Shown: positions 12,299 to 27,000, counted from the whole stretch's first letter. The stretch: 63,237 bases of DNA, filler included, from Collodictyon triciliatum (GCA_043381765.1; 11 parts of 11 records of this genome joined end to end with filler, not necessarily neighbours in it); one strand, 5' to 3'. The notes: a model not told the origin generated them from the sequence alone. Program-made: numbers and translations.

Positions 12299-14130
12299 CT
12301 TAATCCTCCAAAGTCATTTTCGACTGGCATGCCAAAAGTATGTATTACACTTTTATAAAACCACTTTATCCAAAAATTGAGTGCAATTCGAAAAATGAAA
12401 TAATTATTATATCATAAATTGTCAATGATGTGATATATTAATGCACAGTTGTGTGCTTGTAATGCAATAAACATAACTAGTCGTATCCTTTTCTTAATAG
12501 AACATCATATTGGATGGCGAAATATGGGCCGGCCGCAGTCGCATGTATCTATGTCTTCAAGTGATGAAGTATTTAAAAGGATATTTATCTAACTATCATT
12601 TTATCAATCTCATTTTATATAAGTAAATAAATAAATGTGAACCCACAAGCAGTATATGTATTCCTGTCGTGTGTACTCATAGCTGATAGATTTGATTCAA
12701 ACAATCCAGACCGCCCACTACGACCGACCCAGACCTAGAAGTAGACAAATGGAAGCACCTTACGTTCCATGTATGTGATTGAATGCTATCAGACCAAACA
12801 GAAGGGGGCAAAACAGTAACATCAACAAGAAGTTTGAACAAGATGATTCTGTTGATAACCACTCCAAACATGTCTTTCGAAAAGGTCTTTGACGCTCCGT
12901 TAATCGAGAAGCCTTTTGAGGGCAGGCTCCAAGAAGCCAGTAGATCAATTAGTCGTCATACAGGTAAGTCCATGCTAAAACGATTCAACATTTTATTCGA
13001 GAAGCGTTACGAAATTCCGTAGAATACCTCAATTTAAAACTTGGCACAGGAAGGTCATACTCAGATCCGTTTTTGCCGAAGGAAATCCTCCCATTAGCTC
13101 CCGACAATCCTTCCAAGGCAGGCTCCATTTGCCAAGTGGTGCCTCACACAAAGATAGCAGACCAGTAAATTTTCCATAATCAAACATTCATGGTTTGCAT
13201 CTACAGAAATTATGCTATTCAATTGTGGCGGTACGCTTCAGGCGATGACATAAAGTGATTATGAAATAGTAAACCTTTTTTAACACATAAAGTGGTTAAG
13301 ATATGTTTGCTTGATATACAATCAGTGAGCTTTCCTTCAATAGTCTGGTAAAGCAGAAACCCCCCAATTTCTATCGTATTTTAGAGTGCACTTGAACACC
13401 ATCATGGACACAATCAACCAGCATGGAGGAGAAGGTGTAATGCTCCGTAAAGCATCATCTCGATATCATTATTCTCAAAGAACAACAGATGTATGTAAGC
13501 TTAAATCATTCCACGAAGAGGAGGCTCTTGTCATCGGATATAAGGCCGGAAAGGTTTTGTTCCATTCATAAATTGGATTCATGGTCCATGATGTTGGTAC
13601 TTTATATGACTGTATTTATCAGAACATTCAAATTGGATATATGATATAACTGTGTGATAAAAAAAAATTGCATAATTTGGCGTGCAATAGGGGAGGTTTG
13701 AGGGTTCTCTTGGCGGATTAGTTGTGAGGTCGCCCGACAATCGGGAATTTTCCATCGGCGCTGGATTTAACGCAGATATTCGAAGCAATCCCCCGCCGCT
13801 GGGGTCAATAATCCAGTACAAGTATCATACAACTACGACAAATAAAATACCTAGGTTTCCCTCGTATAAGGGTGTTAGGGTATCAATCTTTACACATAAT
13901 ATAAATACATCTCATTTAGTTTGTTTTTGGTTTTTTTTTTTTATGGTTTTTATGATATATTTTGGCTCATTTGTTGAACACAATAATATCTGACCAATTT
14001 ATCTATTTTTAGTAATATTTCATGCTCATGGATTTTCATTTATTAGCACGACTTAACATGGGAACAAGTTTGCGCAAATTACATTCCCTCGGAAAGAGAC
14101 GGTATGAAAATTATCAGAAATTGTGATTGA
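12299..14130 (+). CDS. Minimal ATP-dependent DNA ligase (adenylation + OB domain; LigE/Chlorella-virus/kDNA-ligase-like); 5' part with KxDG missing
   Basis: Spliced: NIILDGEIWAGR (motif III), FH|VFDAP (IIIa), GGEGVMLRK (IV), RTTDVCKLK (V), GK|GRFEGSLGGL, FSIGAGF, PPPLGSIIQYKY, PRFPSYKGVR (VI); stop TGA at 14128-14130. Confidence 0.88.
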
Positions 14131-14804
14131 CGAAATTATTTAAGTTTATAATTTAAAAACTATAACTAAAAAACATGTAATATTGACCCTAAAAAATAAT
14201 GTAGAAAACTAGTCCATTTCTCTGTCATCTTCCTTGACCTGTTGATTAAGAAACCTTCGATATGTTATTAAAATAAATGCTGAGAATTAGACACCGCCTC
14301 GGCATTAAACTGAAAAATACGTGTCGATAAGACTTTTTTTTCAACTTTTCATCTCAGAGCCTGGAGTTCTGATTGTTCTTTTTTTTCCTTTTTTTCCTTT
14401 TTTTCCTTTTTTTCCTTTTTTTGCTTTTTTGCTTTTTTGCTTTTTTGCTTTTTTGCTTTTTTCTTTCTTTTTTCTTTTTTTCCTTTTTTTCTTTTTTCTT
14501 TTTTCTTTTTTCTTTTTTCTTTTTTCTTTTTTCTTTTTTCTTTTTTCTTTTTTCTTTTTTCTTTTTTCTTTTTTCTTTTTTCTTTTGAGAAATATCGAAT
14601 GAAGTCGCAAGGTTGATAGAACTCTCATTTGATAAAGACATTAGAAGTCAGAATGAATATTCAGGATTTCTGCCGCGCTTTGGAACAACCGTAGCACAGA
14701 CAAGTAAACCGCATGAAAAGAGCAAGGAAACAAAAACTTTATAATGAATTTCGAGTATACTAGTTGAAATGCCTCTTTATTATGATTCATCACCGAGGAA
14801 AGCA

Positions 14805-17518
14805 TCATTCGTTCAACCCAAACATCATATTTCCGGCAGAGGGCAAGTAGACAACTTCGCGCGCACGGGTGAGCATCTTTGCGATTTCTGTTGAAATTCC
14901 TATTGATAACCAAAAGATGTAATTAAAACGGAGTCAACAAAGACTTTATCGTGAACCTTCTATTACTTGATTTGGTCGGTCTCCTCTTAAATAGGCACTT
15001 AAAATTAGATATAATCTTTCGAAAATATTTGTGCGAAATCAAACTTAGTCTTTGGAAGGTAACATATTCAGAACCGTGATTTCCCATCGCCTGGATAATC
15101 TAAGGATACCATTTTATTGTTATTTTTGTTTTGGGTTTTTTTGGGTTTTTTTGGGTTTTTTTGGGTTTTTTTGGGTTTTTTTGGGTTTTTTTGGGTTTTT
15201 TTGGGTTTTGGTTTTTTTGGTTTTTTTGGTTTTTTAAGAAAAATAAATTTTGCTGTCAGGAGAGCTCAGATGTCACCAACAAGTAGCCATTAAGAAATGA
15301 AAGTGTATATTAATTTGAGCTGAAAATGGATAGATATCTGTATTTGATAAATACGATCTTTGCTGCTTCGCTTTGTCCTTCAGCACGAATGATTTTTGCC
15401 TTCTGCTCCTGTTCATTCTACAATATATATAATTGACTTTTGGTAATCCGAGAGAACGAAAATATAATGGATGCAACCAAGAAAAAACAGACGCAAGTGT
15501 ACTTCCGATACTGCTTGATAAACACATTAATTATATTTACATATTTCAAAGAATATTGCTGTTACTTTCTACTGAGCAATATCAAAATCTCTGTAGAGGG
15601 TTAGAACATACCTTGGTAACGACGTATTTTAATCTTTCTGCATTTTGTTGTTCTATTTCCCATCAAAGAAAAAATGTTTTATTAAGTGCACAAAGCTAGC
15701 GAATGAAAATTGAATGCAAAAGATGTCTGTATTTTGAGGAAAGGCGTAATCGTAAACATTTGTCAATTATTAATATGTTTCACAATCCCGGTGTTGGCCA
15801 TCATGAGAAGCTCGAACACATGTTGATAAAAGTTTGATTATACCCACCAACTTGTTTGCGTTCCACTGCAGATGCAAAATCAGGTCCAAACTTGAGGTTT
15901 ACCTTGAATTGATTTTTATTTATTAAAAAAAAAATTCAATATCAAAGGTGGAAATGTAATATTATGGGTTTTTAAATCCAAACATATTTATTCGGTTCTG
16001 AGAAAAAGGGAATGTTTTATTTTGAGTTATTTATCATATTTAAATGCAATCGTGAGGAATTATGATTAGAATAAGAAATGATATCTTGTTTGTTTGTTTG
16101 TTTGTTTGTTTGTTTGTTTGTTTGTTTGTTTGTTTGTTTGTTTGTTTGTTTGTTTGTTTGTTTGTTTGTTTGTTTGTTTGTTTGCTTGCTTGCTTGCTTG
16201 CTTGTTTTTACTCGCTAGATAACATTCTGGAAATTTTGTAATTGGAACTTCATGTTATGTTTTTGTAAAAGGGTTACAATGGAAATATCGTCAAAAACGA
16301 GATTGAAGTCTGCAGCACGGCTCGCGAGGTTTTCTCGAATCTGACGAGACACCTGTTCCCTTTGTGTAATTAGCTCTCCTGCGTCATATTGGGCCACAAT
16401 CATCTTGATAACCTCATTCCCTATGGAGGGAATGATTTTCTCCTGGTAGTCAGGACCGAACTCCTGATGAAGCTTAGGGATTTTAGACAGCTGCGGCCTG
16501 AAAAGGATTCTGACTCCGATGGATATGTTTTGGAGATCTAAAATTGTGATGAGGTTTGTCTTTGTTTTCATGCATTTTTTTTGGTTTTTTTAAAAGAAAA
16601 GTTATACAATTAAGAGTGCAGTTAAGAATCAAGTTGCTAGAAATACATCGTTCAGGGGGAAATATTCAAGTTTATCAATTTGGTGAATATTGTAGAAGAT
16701 GGGTGTTTTTCAAGTATGAATTTGCACATATTTAGGGGAGAATATATAAAAAATAAGTAAGGGAAACACATCGTTTTATCAGCACATATCATCTATATGG
16801 GGTACTTATCTCAACTGGAAAGCAACTTATCTTTTTCTAAAAATAAAATACACTCCATGTTATTTGGAAAAACTGTAACGTTGGGAAGTTACCTTTGCTT
16901 CCTGTTTTTGTATCTATCAAATAAGGGCGAGTTCGGACATCGTATGAGTAGTATTTGTGCAACCATGGAATTCGGGCATTAAGACCTTCTTGGCGAATCT
17001 TATCTTGAATACCTCCGTATCTGCTGAATATAACTCCACGATAACCCGGCTCCACTATAATTATCAACCACGTGCATAGATGTGAGAGGATAATTCAAAA
17101 GCAGGAAAGAGTCCACCGGAAAAAAATTTATAGTATGTGATAAACATGAATAGTAATTTTCATTCCTTCATATATTTGTATTCATACTGCAGCTATGAAA
17201 TATGGGTGAGGATTTAATAAAATGAAAAGAAAAGAACAGGCTTTATAATATCATTAAGAGATAGGGGAATGAGATGACCATTTAAAAAAAAAACAGAAAA
17301 AGGACTGTTGTATCGACGTTTTAAACACACAAATATTCCAGCGTTGCTTCACAAAATAAAATAAAAAAGGATTATGTAAACAAACTCTTGTCTGAAGACA
17401 AAGAGAGGACTTTAAAAAGGAAACCAAACTAACCTATGAAGAGACTCCCTTGTGCCAAGGACAGCGCTGTTCCGCTCACAAAGACGATTTGCGACAGACG
17501 AAGGAGGATCTGCTCCAT
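14805..17518 (-). CDS. PHB1: Prohibitin (SPFH/band-7), PHB1-like
   Basis: Exons give MEQILLRL..., VEPGYRGVIFSRYGG, DLQNISIGVRILFRP, IIPSIGNEVIKMIVAQYDAGELITQRE, AVERKQV, IIRAEGQSEAAK, EVVYLPSAGNMMFGLNE*. Confidence 0.9.
16086..16204. repeat. (TTTG)n/(CTTG)n intronic microsatellite
   Basis: Tandem tetramer inside a prohibitin intron. Confidence 0.95.
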
Positions 17519-17912
17519 CTAGAGAAGGTGACCACTTTGTGAGTAAGAGAGCCCACAAGTTTGGGTCTGGCTCAGCCACGCAAAAGTGATGAACAAGACC
17601 ACAATCAAAAATAGAAAGACTATGCCTGAGCAGGCCTCGATGTCGTCTTCTCTCTTTTTCTCTCTTTTTCTCTCTTTTTCTCTCTTTTTCTCTCTTTTTC
17701 TCTCTTTTTCTCTCTTGTTTTTCTTGTTTTTCTTGTTTTTCTTGTTTTTCTTGTTTTTCTTGTTTTTCTTGTTTTTCTTGTTTTTCTTGTTTTTCTTGTT
17801 TTTCTTGTTTTTNNNNNNNNNNNNNNNNNNNNNNNNNNNNNNNNNNNNNNNNNNNNTTAATTAATTAANNNNNNNNNNNNNNNNNNNNNNNNNNNNNNNN
17901 NNNNNNNNNNNN

Positions 17913-17971
<59 letters not shown>

Positions 17972-18040
17972 AAAAAAAAAAAAAACAAAACGACGACAAA
18001 CAATGACAAACAAAGACACCCCCTCAGGCATCGATCTTCC

Positions 18041-19500
18041 GTGCAACAATACAGCATCCCTCTCATGATTCACTCGCCTAAGCGGGACTCGGTTGAGCAG
18101 ATCTCCCAGAAAAGAGCGAGCTCCACAACCCCAAAGAAGGAGCACCTGACTCCGACCGATGGCCAAACAAACCTTCAGAGCCCCATACAAGACGAGCCCA
18201 TCACAGAAGATCCTCCCTCAAGCTTTACTCACCCGCATAGCTACAACTACGGACCAGACATAGGTTACAATCCCGAGCAGTATTTTTCATTCTCAAAGTT
18301 TCCGGCCCTAGGGCGATTCCGTTTCACGTTTATGTTGGTTGCTTTGCACATGTTCTCTGGACTGCAACTAGCTGTCGGGATTGTCATGGCTTTCCTTCTT
18401 GTGCCGCTCCACTATGAATTCCAACCCCCTTTAACTCTGCTTGCGTTGGTCCCTGCGTTGCGGCTGTTGGGTCACGCCATGATTGTCCCATTCGTGCTGC
18501 GCTTACTTCAGCCTCGGGCGCAAAACAAACGTGAGCCCCAATCATCCTCGTCAGAGAAGAGAGTCTCTGTGGACGGGACGGCCAAGGAGGAGTTTTCCTC
18601 AACCTACACGGGAAGCTTTTCGTTGAAGTCTCTTCGCTCCATCAGAGGGTTTGTGAGTATGGGCATTCGTTGGGGCTCGCTTGGGAACGACGGCTATGCT
18701 TCAGACCCCTCTGTGTCGGAATCGGCATCATGCCTATTCACGGGCTGCAAGTTCAAATGGTTGAGAGACAACATGGGCGTCCCTCTCCTTATCATATCTT
18801 CGCTCATGTCCCTCACGCTGATAGCCCTTGGTCTGACACAACATTTTTTGGTAGCAGCCTTCTCCACTGCGGTGGCTGGATTGCTTTCTGGGGCTCTGCT
18901 CTCCTTCAGCAGACACATTTTGGCCGAATTTGCACCGCTTGACATGCGACTTTCGGATCGTATCAATCTTGTTGTGGTGCTCTTGGGTGCTTCGTTCTTT
19001 GGTGTCATTCTTGGGCATTTGACGTTCTCTACAGCTTCGAACGAAGCGTTCATAATCTCAGCACTAGGGTTGCAGCCATATCGATATGTTTGTTATTTGT
19101 TGGCGGTCATAAATGTGGTCTTTGGAGTTATTTTGTGTATTCTATTGAGAAACCTCGGGCCTGACCCCAATCGTATCGTGGCATCTACTCGAATTCGGTT
19201 GTCTGCTTCGGATATTGATGACTCTATGTCATCAGCTCGCCCAGCGATTCCTTGTGATCCCCATTGGTTCCAACTTGTTCTTTCTCCTCGCTCCCCTTTG
19301 GTGCATTCGTCTCTGGCAACATGGTTATTTAACTCCAAATCTCCGAATCCACAATCTCTCATGAAAAGCGAACTTCCAGTCACTCCATTATCTTCGAGTC
19401 TGGCATTAGGGTCGAATTCGGGATCCTTGCATTACAAATCGGCTGGCTATTTGATGGAGCCTACGTTTTTGCTTGCTATTTTCATGGTGAAACTAATCCC

Positions 19501-19534
<34 letters not shown>

Positions 19535-20885
19535 ATCTTTTCATGCTGAATGATCATATTACTTGCGATTCAGTCGAGGACTTACCAATACCATATTTTT
19601 GGGTGTTCTTTATTACTCTTTTTCACTTTTCATTTTCATTTTCATTTTCATTTTCATTTTATTATAGCTCTTATGGTTTCTTATTATTTATTATTATTTT
19701 TTTCTTGTCAAATGAAGTTTCTGACTGGCTTCTTGCCTTTATTATCAAACCTTTTGATTTCTAAATTGATTTTGTGCATTTTTTTCTATGCAGGGTTCGA
19801 TGGGTTGCATCGCATATGAATCAATGGTTTTCTTTCCGATGTGCCTAAAATACGCAGATGTTGATAAGAATATCATAGGCGTGACTGTAGGCATATTTTT
19901 TGCAGCTGGGTCTATAGGTGGAGTTCTTGGCCGCCTTTTGGTTTCTATTGTGTACAAAGAGACAGCTAGAACGCGTATGCTATTATTATTTGGTTTATTT
20001 CTCTTGGTTGGGATGGTTCCCATGAGCTACTTCAACGTGATTTACCTTCCAAATACTGGCCTTTCAACAATTTGGATTTTACCAATATCGTCATTTTTGG
20101 TTGCGTTAACGTACAACGCCTTTCTTGAGGCTATTGTTCTCCTTTCCATATGCGTTTCTGTGCAGATGAAGGTAATTTCCTCGCAACAGAATATCCATGG
20201 TGTGATGATTGATTACTGGTATGAAGCGAACTTTTATTTAGTGTATTCCCAGTAAGTTCGGAATTTCTAATATTATAACTTTTGCTATCCTTGAATATTT
20301 ACCCTCAAAGTATGTTGATGAAGCAGCGTTTTGGGATGCCACAATAGAGGGTGTGATGAGTTCTATGGGTCCGATATCTGTCGGGATTTTAACCGAATAC
20401 TGGGTTTGTACAAAGATACGTTATTTTTTCTTAGTGTACATCAGTCAGCCAGTGTTCTGTGTTATGCGTATACGAGCGTCACCTTATCCTTTTTTTTTCT
20501 TACTGTATGTTATGATATACATTCTCCTATTTTCGGTTAACAGTTTGGTTTTGTGGACGATGTCAATCCTTTGGATGACGGACAAGATAGCCGCTTAGAA
20601 GAAGTAAACACCAATAAAGATGCTTTATTATATAGATATAAGACCGAACATGTCTATTTTTTTTTCTTGTCTCACTTCTATTTAAATTCTTGTATAAGCC
20701 ATGGAGTAAAGTATGATACTCGCTTATTCACTAGCTGATTAACCTTGCAGAACAAAGAATCTCTACAGAAGGGCATATTCTGGGTTACGACAATATGTTG
20801 GTCTCTGGCATCCATTGCAGGCTTGATGCTGTGCTTCTCCAAAAAATTTCGTCCTATATTATCCACTAATGAATGGGTTTTATAA
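18041..20885 (+). CDS. Major facilitator superfamily transporter (spliced)
   Basis: Many hydrophobic helices in the 502-aa first exon and later exons (AGSIGGVLGRLL, SMGPISVGILTEYW, SLQKGIFWVTTICWSLASIAGL...WVL*). Confidence 0.7.
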
Positions 20886-21214
20886 CAATCACATTTACGC
20901 CTATGCTTTCTGATTATTTTTTTTTGGGAAATACCTCTTGTCCTCTCATGCATTAAAGGTTGATGTCGTGTTGCTCCCATGAACATTGGCTGTCATTTTG
21001 TTTTAAAGGAAATTAGCCACCAGCATAGGATACGATCTTTTAATATCCTTTCATGCTAACAGACATATATTCCATTTTATCTTGGTTGAAAATTTTATCG
21101 TACTGAGGCTTTCTATTAAGAGGCATGGATATTAAATTAAGTAAAAACATGAATTGTTGTTTTAGGGTATGACATAATTTCAATATTTGGTTCAGATCTA
21201 TTATTTTTATTTTG

Positions 21215-21691
21215 NNNNNNNNNNNNNNNNNNNNNNNNNNNNNNNNNNNNNNNNNNNNNNNNNNNNNNNNNNNNNNNNNNNNNNNNNNNNNNNNNNNNNN
21301 NNNNNNNNNNNNNNNNNNNNNNNNNNNNNNNNNNNNNNNNNNNNNNNNNNNNNNNNNNNNNNNNNNNNNNNNNNNNNNNNNNNNNNNNNNNNNNNNNNNN
21401 NNNNNNNNNNNNNNNNNNNNNNNNNNNNNNNNNNNNNNNNNNNNNNNNNNNNNNNNNNNNNNNNNNNNNNNNNNNNNNNNNNNNNNNNNNNNNNNNNNNN
21501 NNNNNNNNNNNNNNNNNNNNNNNNNNNNNNNNNNNNNNNNNNNNNNNNNNNNNNNNNNNNNNNNNNNNNNNNNNNNNNNNNNNNNNNNNNNNNNNNNNNN
21601 NNNNNNNNNNNNNNNNNNNNNNNNNNNNNNNNNNNNNNNNNNNNNNNNNNNNNNNNNNNNNNNNNNNNNNNNNNNNNNNNNNNNNNNNNNN
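21215..21691. other. Internal scaffold gap (N run)
   Basis: 477 N. Confidence 0.99.
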
Positions 21692-21950
21692 TCATCACAT
21701 CGAGCATTCAAAGTTTCTGTGTTGGGCAGGGCGAATGAATCACTTGAAGCAAACATAAGGCAAGCTTTTGCACATACCCGAGTCGCGTGTTAAATAATTG
21801 AATCCCAAATATCGTTCCATATAATGGAATGGGAGCCCAGCCTTCTTTATAGTACCGAAAGAACGAGAGAAAAAGATACGGTCCGATGAGTTTTTGTATT
21901 GATTTGTGATTTTATTAGAGCTGTTCTCGATCTGTGGACTGGGCATTAAA

Positions 21951-23564
21951 TCAGTACCCACTTGTCGCAGTCATATTTTGGATGATTGCAACACCTGAAC
22001 TCGTCCCTGTGTAAAGATAATTATACTATGATTTTGCGGAAATGATGAAACAGAGCGGAGAATTAAATAATTAGAAAATTACCAATTCGGGATGCCCCAT
22101 TCTCAACCATCAACATAACATCAGCCAAAGTCCGAACCTGTATTGATATAACTTAGAAAGAACCCTCACACTTGGGTTTTATTGTGTAATATGTTTGTTT
22201 TCAAATTAATTCTCTTCACTTGAGTAAACAATATTACGAGATGATAGGATGGGAATTACCCCGCCGGATGCTTTGACGAGTGCCTTGTCGCCAACCGTCA
22301 TCTTCATTAGATGAATAATGTCTGCTTTGGCGCCTGCAAACCCCCCAAATCCCGTGGATGTCTTAACAAATTGAGCTCCGGCGAGGACAGACACGATTGA
22401 TAGGTCAACTACCTCCTCGCTTTTGAAAATTCGTGGAGGGATATTGAGTGTTTTGGCTAGCATACAAATACATCACCAGGCCATGAAATCCATTCGCAAT
22501 ATGTAATTTGTACGATGCATGGCGATAATATAAACACAAATTGAGCGAAATGTGTATCCAGAAAGTATTTTTCTCTTTTTCGCCTTCCTCCTTCTCTTTT
22601 GCAGAATAATCTACCTTGAATGCAGGCCTGTCTCAAAAATAACCTTAACTATGGCTGGTCTGGCTTGTCCGATTTGCGCAGCTTGCACGACAGCACGAAT
22701 ATCGGCGAGAACTGCCCGGTAATCTTTCTACAAGAATTTAAAGTTGTTATGTATTTGACAGGAGTAAAGACTAGCTTCAATGGAGAATTTTAGCCAGAAA
22801 ATAAGGAGTATGCCACCTAATTTATCAATTATTCTTATTCTTATTTTTACTATGTTGAATAGAAAAATGTAAGAGAGTTCATACAAAGATATAAATTGGA
22901 TTCGTTTACATCTTTTAACCATCCAACATTAATGACCATGTCGATTTCATGAACTCCAGACTCAACCAATTCCTTAGTCTCGAATGCTTTGGAGGCTGTA
23001 GTCATTGCTCCAAGTGGAAATCCTATCACAGCAGCAACTTTCACCTTGTCTGAGGCATTTAGATCCCTAAGATACTTCATCGCCTGGATTTTTTTTTAAA
23101 AAAAGAAAAAAGGAAAGGAAAGGGTCGTTAATATTTGAATAGAGTGACATAAAAAAAAAAAAAGGAAACTGCAGTCTTTTTATTTGGTTTGGTATCAGAT
23201 GAGAAGAGTCTGCATGATTTGGTGAGGTAAATATGGTTTAAGTGCACAAAGTCAATTGAAAAGATACCAGTGTTGCTCGTGAACCATTGATACAAACAGC
23301 GACAAACTCATGCGATGCAGCTTCTTTGCATATCTTTTGAATGTCAGCTGCAGTCGCATCAGGCTTCAGCACGGTGTGGTCCACCAAAGTGTGAACAGGG
23401 TCGGTAAGTGGTGTAATACTGAATGGCGAGGAGTCCGGGTCATTTCGTAAATGTGGGAGTGCCCTGTAGATGTCCTCTGTTTCTATTTGAAGGGCACAGG
23501 CGACAGGTTCCACTCGGGAGGCGATGAGTTGGCGCACAGATAATTCTAAATTGTGTCGGTTCAT
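21951..23564 (-). CDS. deoC: 2-deoxyribose-5-phosphate aldolase (DERA)
   Basis: [66 protein letters not shown] across GT-AG exons. Confidence 0.93.
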
Positions 23565-23900
23565 TTGATGTTGTTACGACGCTCAAACCGCCTCCCTTTT
23601 GTTTTTGTTTTTGTTTTGATTTTTTGTTTTTGTTTTTATTTTTATTATTTTTTATTTTTGTTTTAATGTTTGTTTGTTTTTGTTTTTTTTTTGTCTGTTT
23701 GTTTGTCTGTTTGTTTGTCTGTTTGTTTGTTTTGTTTTGTTTTGTTTTGTTTTGTTTTGTTTTGTTTTGTTTTGTTTNNNNNNNNNNNNNNNNNNNNNNN
23801 NNNNNNNNNNNNNNNNNNNNNTTAATTAATTAANNNNNNNNNNNNNNNNNNNNNNNNNNNNNNNNNNNNNNNNNNNNAAAAAAAATAAGATTTAAAACAC

Positions 23901-23932
<32 letters not shown>

Positions 23933-24001
23933 AAAGGAAAAAAAAAAAAAGAAAAGAAAAGAGAAAGAAAAAAACCAAGAAACGAAAAGAAAAGAACTAA
24001 C

Positions 24002-27000
24002 CTATCCATCTTATGGCTACTAAGCGAGCGTAAGCGGTCTTTAGCAGCTTTATAACCGCCCTTCAATGACAACTCGAAGTAGTAAGTAGCCATGGTTGGA
24101 TTCACTTCCACAAAAACTCCCTCGTCATAAGACAACCCAACCAAATAAGCCGCCCTCGGGTGTTTCGGCTTACTCACAATCAAGTCATCAGCAAGTTCGC
24201 GCAGAACCTGCAGTGCCCCCTGATTTCCCGCTTTCACTCCATCCCATAGGCGAGTGTGTGGCTCCTCGGCTTCCGGGTTGGCCATTATGGCCCATCTGTA
24301 CGCCTTCAACTTGTCTACAGGCTTTGTCCAGCCATTCTCGTAGCATTCCGACATTAACTTTGCTGCGGCAGGGTATCTAATCTTATCAAATCTCTTCAAC
24401 TTGGATAGATTTTCAAGCTCTTCGAACGCATCTACACTCCCCTTTTGAAGCATTTCCCGCAACTCATCAAAAAGACTGATATTTTTGCCCTCGTGTATCA
24501 TGGACACTAGTGTCATGAGGTATTGTTTGGATGATGTTGTTGATGGTGATGAGGATGCATGGGTGGTAGAGGTGTCTTTTGGTGGCTCTTTGAGTAATTC
24601 TGATAGAGACTTTGCGGCCGATGGATTGATGGCCTGATTGAAATCTGTCTTTGTTGCAAAACTAATTGCTAGGCTGATTGCTTCCTTGTGTCCGCTCTTT
24701 GCCATACTCACAATATCTTCCATAGATTCTTTCAATCCAAGTTCCACTGATTTTTCCAATAGACTCAGAGCCTCAGCAGGATTGGCTGGTGAATAAAGTC
24801 CTTTGTAGCGACAGTAGGATATTTCCCGAAGAGCACGCCTTTGGATTTTCGGTTTATCTGCATTTCTGGATGCATGCAAAATCAAATTATAAACGTCCTC
24901 ATCCAAGGCTTCCAATGTCTTTCGAATGTATATCCAGAGCTCGCTGGACTCTGGTTCTGCGATACACCGAATCTTGATGGTATTTGTTAGAGACTTTTCT
25001 GTACCCCAGCCATTCTCATAGCATCGTGCAAGTGTTATCAAAGCTAACCTCTGGAATTCATTTGGCTCGGTGCGACCCTGATGCGCCACAGCGAAGATGA
25101 TACCAAAAGCTTCAGACTTGCCTGCTTTTGCTTCGGCCTCGGCTTCCTCTAATCCAAGAGAGTTTTGATTTTGTACGAGCGACCGAATTCTCTGCATTTT
25201 TGTAAAGTTTGAGCTATTCATCCCCACAAAAAATCCATTTTGTTCTATGGTTCCCAACCGAGTTTCGATATCAGGCTCAATATAACAGTAGTGATTTGTG
25301 CCTACAACTTCTTTCAAGTAGAATGCAGACAGTTGAAACCCTTTCCTGAGCAATGCCGAAAGGAAACGAACAGCCTCTGGAGATCCCATGACCGCAGCTC
25401 TTCCGAAGTAATGGGTGGCCTCTTCTAAATCCACAATACCGATCCAGCCTTCATAGTATCCTCTTCCTAACTCCAACTGCAATTGTCGAGATATTGTTGT
25501 TTCTAGCTTCTTCTCACCAGAGAGGCTAAGCAATCTGTCCAATGCAGTTTTATTTCCCTCTTGGCAGAGTTGCACCAGCTCCCCAAGTGCATGTAGCGAC
25601 CCTCTCTTTACAAACTCGCTCAGTTTCCTCACTCCCTCGTCAACGTTTTTTTGAACAAACCAACCTTTAAAATAGCATTTGCACAGTAAAATTTCTGCAA
25701 GATATATATGGGATGTTGTTGATGTCGACCTGGAAAGTACATCACGAATTGCAGAGTACGCTCCTCTATTTTGGTTCTCCAAGAGTTCGGATAATATAGT
25801 AATACCAAATCCATCATCACTTTCTATAAGGCTCTTACCCACTACAACCCAATCTGAGTCGCTAAGAATCGCCTCCTGTTTAAACGCCGGGTCTGAGGCA
25901 ATAGACTTACATAGTGATAGATATTTAAGTCGGCCGTTTTTTTCTTTCACCGAAATTACTCTTTTCAGTATCTGAATTGCACTTTCTTCATGACACATGG
26001 TGCGCTCCACGAGGTTTTCCCATGCGCCCTTTTGATTTTTTGCAAGTATCATCTCAAAGTATGTTGTGGCTTTTACAAAGTCAGGAGAAGTTCCTATTCC
26101 CTGTTCAAATATAGTCATCAACATTTCCGCCAAATCGATATATTTGTAGTCCTCACAAGAGTATCTCTGATTCACGTAATACTCTAAAAACTCAACAACG
26201 TAAAATCTGCCTTCCTCCACATATTTTTTGAATACCTCTTTAAGATTTTGACTATGTATTGGAATTTGAGATAAAAATAAAGCAGCTTTTTCCAAACTTT
26301 CTGGAGTAGGTGATGTGCCCATCAAAGCTTCCAACATCATCCACAAACTCTCTTCTAGAGTATTCTGATGTTTCATTAGATTATATAGGACCGCTCTTTT
26401 TAGTATCCTCACCACACATTCTTCTTTTTTCTTCATTAATCTTTTTAAATTAGGAAAGAAGACACTATCCTCTTTAGAAAGATATTCGTAAATTGACGCA
26501 GCAATATCCAAGTTCTGAGTTACACCGACTCCATACTCGTACATTTCAGCCAAGTACGGAAGAATCGGCGAATTGGATGAATCCTTCTTCCACATCTCTA
26601 AAAATTCAATTTTGTCTTTGTTCATTATATTTGCGATTGGGTTTGGGGTAAGAGGGTGCCTTTTAAGCCCTCTACTACATTCTAAAAGCAAACCTGCACG
26701 GACTAAGTTCTGTAAAATGCTATTCCACTTGAAACGCTTCGCTGATCTATCATTTCTTGTATAGAAAAGCGTCATATTTGAAAATATGTCTGCTAGATTA
26801 TGTCGTATTGGTCCTGAGCTGATTTCATAGAAATGTTCATCAATTGCACACCCTCCTTGATTCTTGATAAACTTGACATCATCTTCACTTTTGAACGTGC
26901 AATCAAAAAATGATGATTCGGAGAAGCAATTATGACGTTGCCGTGGTCGATGAAGCCCGTCCAGGGTTATATTTGGGGTGCTATCCTCAAATTTTTTGCA

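Noticed and set aside
14321-14641. Poly-K/poly-F ORFs here and similar low-complexity ORFs elsewhere (11948, 41108, 42706, 45288, 49542, 59406)
   Set aside because: Translations of microsatellites or N runs, not genes
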